This document shows, piece after piece, positions 54,529 through 57,857 of a stretch of DNA of 57,857 nt. Each line of letters opens with the position of its first letter. Positions within the stretch are counted from its first letter, which is position 1. A program made the position numbers and the translations under genes. Origin of the DNA: Candidatus Falkowbacteria bacterium (GTDB lineage Bacteria; Patescibacteriota; Patescibacteriia; JACRDY01); assembly GCA_016218485.1 (NCBI GenBank), contig JACRDY010000041.1, positions 1-57,857 of the forward strand, given 5' to 3'. The notes under the pieces were generated by a model. That model made no database searches, was not told the DNA's origin, and was given only the letters and a program-made list of their open reading frames with translations.

Positions 54529-55413
54529 TCAGGCCATCCCGCGCAGCAGTTTAATCCGCTCCTCAATCGGCGGGTGGGTCGCAAAGGCGTTTCCCAGAAA
54601 TTTTTTGCCGCCGCTGAAGGGGTTGGCGATGAAGAGGTGGGCGGTGGCGGCGCTGGCTCGCTGCAGCGGTTGGTTCTGGCGGGCGATTTTTTCGAGGGCG
54701 CGGGCTAACCCTTCCGGGTAGCGGGTCAAGAGCGCGCCGGAGGCGTCCGCCAGGTATTCCCGTTTGCGCGAGACGGCCAGCTTGATCAGATTGGCAATCA
54801 GCGGCGAGAGGATGAGGAGAATAATGCCGACGAGCATCAAAATACCGCCGCCTTGGCTATTGCCCGAACGTCGGCCGCCGCCGTACCAGCGGGCGCGCAG
54901 CATAAAGTCGGTCAGGAGCGCGATAATACCGACGAGGATAATGACGATGGTCATCAGTCGGATGTCGTAGTTCTTGATGTGCGACAGTTCGTGGGCAATG
55001 ACGCCTTCTAACTCCTCATTCTCGAGCTGGTTGATCGCGCCTTCGGTAATCGCGATTGAGGCGTGAGCCGGGTCCCGGCCGCAAGCAAAGGCGTTGATGG
55101 CCGTGTCAGCGATAATGTGCACTTTGGGCATTGGCAGCCCGGCGGTGATGCAGAGGTTCTCCACCATCCGGTAGACGTATGGATTATCAGTGGCGCTGAT
55201 TGGCTTGGCTCCCGAGCTCCACAGCGCCACGCTGTCGCCGCGGTAGTAGCCGAACAGGCTCATGATCATAGAAATCATGGCTGCCACGACCAGGCCGGCG
55301 TAGCCGAAGTTATACAGATAGCCAAACAGCCAGCCCAAAAACACAATAAACGCCACAAAGATGACGATCAAGAGGACGGTTTTGCGTTTATTGGCGTCGA
55401 TTTGGTTGTACAT
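54529..55413 (-). CDS. htpX: M48 zinc metalloprotease HtpX
   Basis: NAFACG, AHELSHIKNYD, SRKREYLADASG, THPPIEERI. Confidence 0.95.
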   Translation of the reverse strand: MYNQIDANKRKTVLLIVIFVAFIVFLGWLFGYLYNFGYAGLVVAAMISMIMSLFGYYRGDSVALWSSGAKPISATDNPYVYRMVENLCITAGLPMPKVHIIADTAINAFACGRDPAHASIAITEGAINQLENEELEGVIAHELSHIKNYDIRLMTIVIILVGIIALLTDFMLRARWYGGGRRSGNSQGGGILMLVGIILLILSPLIANLIKLAVSRKREYLADASGALLTRYPEGLARALEKIARQNQPLQRASAATAHLFIANPFSGGKKFLGNAFATHPPIEERIKLLRGMA

Positions 55414-55532
55414 AGCTTACTCACGCATGAAAACATTAAAACACAAGAACATGAAAACAAGTCTTGATTTTTGCTTTCACTCTGTTGTTTTAGTGTTCTT
55501 GTGTTTTAATGTTTTCATGCGTGATTCTGTGG

Positions 55533-56090
55533 TTAAAATTTCACCTCAACATTTTTCCGTTCAGCCTCATTTTCCACGGCGAAAAATTCATACTTGGTGA
55601 AGTGGAGCATACCGGCGAACGTATTGGTGGGGAAGACCTGCAGCTTGGTGTTGAAGTCCCGGACGTTGCCGTTGTAGAAGCGGCGCGCGGCCTGGACCTT
55701 GTTTTCCGTGTCCGACAGTTCGTCTTGCAATTTAGCGAAGTTGGCGGAGGCTTTCAGCTCGGGATAGCTCTCGGCCACGGCAAAGAGCGACTTGAGCGCG
55801 CCCGTCAGCATGTTTTCAGCTTGTCCTTTGTCCGCCATAGAGGTGGCGCCCATGGCCGCGGTGCGAGCCGCGGTGACTTTTTCAAAGGTTTGACTTTCGT
55901 GTTTGGCGTAACCTTTGATCGTCTCCACCAGGTTGGGGATGAGGTCGTGGCGGCGCTTGAGCTGGACGTCAATGTCCGAGGCCGCTTCGTCGGTGCGATT
56001 GCGCAGGCGAATGAGGCCGTTAAACACTCCAATCAACCAGAGAATGAGCAGAGCGACGACGATGAGAATAACCCAAAGAAAGGTATTCAT
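55533..56090 (-). CDS. lemA: LemA family protein
   Basis: FNGLIRLRN, IDVQLKRRHDLIPNLVETIKGYA, AVAESYPELKA, RRFYN. Confidence 0.95.
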   Translation of the reverse strand: MNTFLWVILIVVALLILWLIGVFNGLIRLRNRTDEAASDIDVQLKRRHDLIPNLVETIKGYAKHESQTFEKVTAARTAAMGATSMADKGQAENMLTGALKSLFAVAESYPELKASANFAKLQDELSDTENKVQAARRFYNGNVRDFNTKLQVFPTNTFAGMLHFTKYEFFAVENEAERKNVEVKF

Positions 56091-56096
56091 AATTAG

Positions 56097-56207
56097 ATTT
56101 ATCCAGCACCTTCCAGAATACCCCATCAGCGTGCTCTCGGGGATGAATGGCTGAGAGAGTATTTCTGCGGGGTGTACTACCCCGACAGGAATGTGCTGGA
56201 TTTATTT
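56097..56207. mobile_element. ATCCAGCAC-family element
   Basis: atttatccagcaccttccagaatacccc ... taccccgacaggaatgtgctggatttattt. Confidence 0.8.
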
Positions 56208-56297
56208 ATGATTTATTGTTATACTATTTACTCCGACACGACGATGGAGATTGTCTAAATTATAGAGAATTTTTCCCTGAAAGTCAAAGGGTTTTAA

Positions 56298-56319
56298 GCT
56301 TGGGTTTTAAAACCCAAGC
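56298..56319. repeat. Perfect 22-bp palindrome, GGGTTTT/AAAACCC family
   Basis: gcttgggtttt|aaaacccaagc. Confidence 0.7.
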
Positions 56320-56343
56320 GAACGTAAGCGTTACATTTTAACT

Positions 56344-56454
56344 GTATCCAGCACCTTCCAGAATACCCCACAGCAAGCTGCGGGGATGAATGGCTTAATA
56401 TAAATCTTCCTGCGGGATGTATAATACCCCGACAGGAAGGTGCTGGATTTATTT
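56344..56454. mobile_element. ATCCAGCAC-family element
   Basis: gtatccagcaccttccagaatacccc ... taccccgacaggaaggtgctggatttattt; ends 2 nt before the PMM ATG. Confidence 0.8.
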
Positions 56455-56456
56455 CT

Positions 56457-57857
56457 ATGCACCTCAATCCTCATATTTTTCGCGGGTACGACCTACGCGG
56501 CGAGGTTGACAAAGATCTCAACCCAGAAATCGCTGAACACCTGGGCCGAGCCTATGGCACCTACCTGCATCAGCAGGGCATCAGCCGAGCAGTGGTGGGG
56601 CGGGACTGCCGTCTGACCAGTCCGGATTACTCCGCGGCCTTAACCAAGGGTATTGCCGCCACCGGCGTGGCCGTGGTGGATATTGGTTTGACGCTCGTTG
56701 GTACGTTCTACTGGGCGCAGTACTATCTAGAGATCCAGGGCGGGGTGATGGTCACTGCCTCGCACAATCCCAAGGAGTATAACGGTTTTAAGTTTGCCAC
56801 CAATTTTTCCGAAACCATGGTGGCGCAAGAGTTGGAGCAGCTGCGGGTTTTGGTGGAGGCAGAAGATTATTTTTTGGTTAAAGAGCCCGCTAAGGTCACG
56901 CAGCAGGATGTCCTGCCAGCCTATTATCAGGATTTGGCCAATCGTTTTTCCATTAACAAGAAGTTTACCGTCGTGGTGGACCCGAGCCATGCCACGCCCG
57001 GCGCCATTGTGCCTGAATTGCTGCGTAAAGTTGGCTGTGAGGTAGTTGAAAAAAATACCAGCTTAGACGGCACGTTCCCTTTGGGTGTGGCTGACCCGAC
57101 CGAGACCACGGTGGCCAATCGGCTGGTGACTGAAGTACTGGAGGCTAAAGCCGACATCGGCTTTTCTTATGACGCCGATGGCGACCGGATTGGTATTGTT
57201 GATGAAACCGGGGGGATTATCTGGAATGACGTTCTCGTGGCGTTGTTTGCCGAGGATGTGCTCGCGCAGCATCCGGGCGCGACGATTATGTACAATACGC
57301 TGTGTTCCAAGGTGGTGGATGACACGATCAAGGCCAATGGCGGCAAGCCATACATGTGGCGGACCGGCCACTCGTTTCTCAAGCGCAAGAATCAAGAGGT
57401 CGGCGCCGCTTTTATTGGCGAGCTGTCCGGACATTTCTTTTTTTCGGCTGACTTCTATAACCATGATGACGGCTGCTACACCACGTTGCGTGTATTGGAT
57501 TATTTGTCACGGACCAAGCAGACGCTCTCACAGGCGGTGGGGCGTTTGCCGAAATATATCTCAAGCCCGGAGGTCAAAGTCGGCTGTCCGGACGACCAGA
57601 AAGCGCTCCTGATCAAGAAGCTGGGTAAAGTGCTCCGGACCGACTGGCCGGAGGCCGAAGTGATTGATGACGAGCGGGCCGGCGACGGGGTGCGGCTGGA
57701 AATGGTTGACTCCATGTTTGTGATTCGTTATTCCCAGAACGGGCCGTATTTGACGATCAAGTTTGAAGCCCACCATCAGGAGAAGTACGACGCCCTCAAA
57801 AAATACATTAATGACCTCCTGCACCAGTACTCGGAAGTAGACTGGAGTTTTGGGGTC
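56457..57857 (+). CDS. Phosphomannomutase/phosphoglucomutase, truncated by the window end (absent from the ORF track)
   Basis: Hand translation MHLNPHIFRGYDLRG, TASHNPKEYNGFK, YDADGDRI, GELSGHFF; frame stays open to the last base. Confidence 0.93.
   Translation, partial: MHLNPHIFRGYDLRGEVDKDLNPEIAEHLGRAYGTYLHQQGISRAVVGRDCRLTSPDYSAALTKGIAATGVAVVDIGLTLVGTFYWAQYYLEIQGGVMVTASHNPKEYNGFKFATNFSETMVAQELEQLRVLVEAEDYFLVKEPAKVTQQDVLPAYYQDLANRFSINKKFTVVVDPSHATPGAIVPELLRKVGCEVVEKNTSLDGTFPLGVADPTETTVANRLVTEVLEAKADIGFSYDADGDRIGIVDETGGIIWNDVLVALFAEDVLAQHPGATIMYNTLCSKVVDDTIKANGGKPYMWRTGHSFLKRKNQEVGAAFIGELSGHFFFSADFYNHDDGCYTTLRVLDYLSRTKQTLSQAVGRLPKYISSPEVKVGCPDDQKALLIKKLGKVLRTDWPEAEVIDDERAGDGVRLEMVDSMFVIRYSQNGPYLTIKFEAHHQEKYDALKKYINDLLHQYSEVDWSFGV

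Overview
This 57.9 kb window reads as chromosomal DNA (standard genetic code) of a Patescibacteria/CPR-like bacterium. The taxonomy is inferred from the protein families, the tRNA-Arg(GCG) and the repeat styles. From 0.2 to 45.9 kb nearly all genes are on the + strand: surface proteins, a glycosyltransferase/epimerase cluster, prfB, tsaC-like and rsmA, then a 2838-aa Cys-rich secreted giant protein leading a relaxase-free T4SS-like gene string. That string comprises VirB6-like, PrgI, VirB4-N-like, VirB4 ATPase, VirB8-like and ComF genes, interrupted by metK and two four-helix-bundle genes. A tRNA-Ser/GIY-YIG cluster, tRNA-Arg(GCG) and recG follow. From 45.9 to 56.1 kb a minus-strand run (lemA, htpX, clpC, a Gly/Lys repeat protein, a beta-propeller) ends in two pilin-like genes with a near-identical membrane module and different cargo, one of them an M15 peptidoglycan peptidase. 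A partial PMM/PGM gene closes the window. Superimposed is a dense layer of selfish or structural DNA. (1) Inverted 7- or 8-mer tandem arrays sit at many gene junctions, and two of them contain a four-helix-bundle gene. (2) There are two MITE-like families. (3) Two RAYT transposases carry REP palindromes inside their own reading frames. (4) Short palindromes are inserted in frame in housekeeping genes. (5) Each of the three tRNAs is followed by a decayed duplicate whose arms are replaced by palindromes. All calls come from reading the sequence and motifs by eye; no database searches were run.
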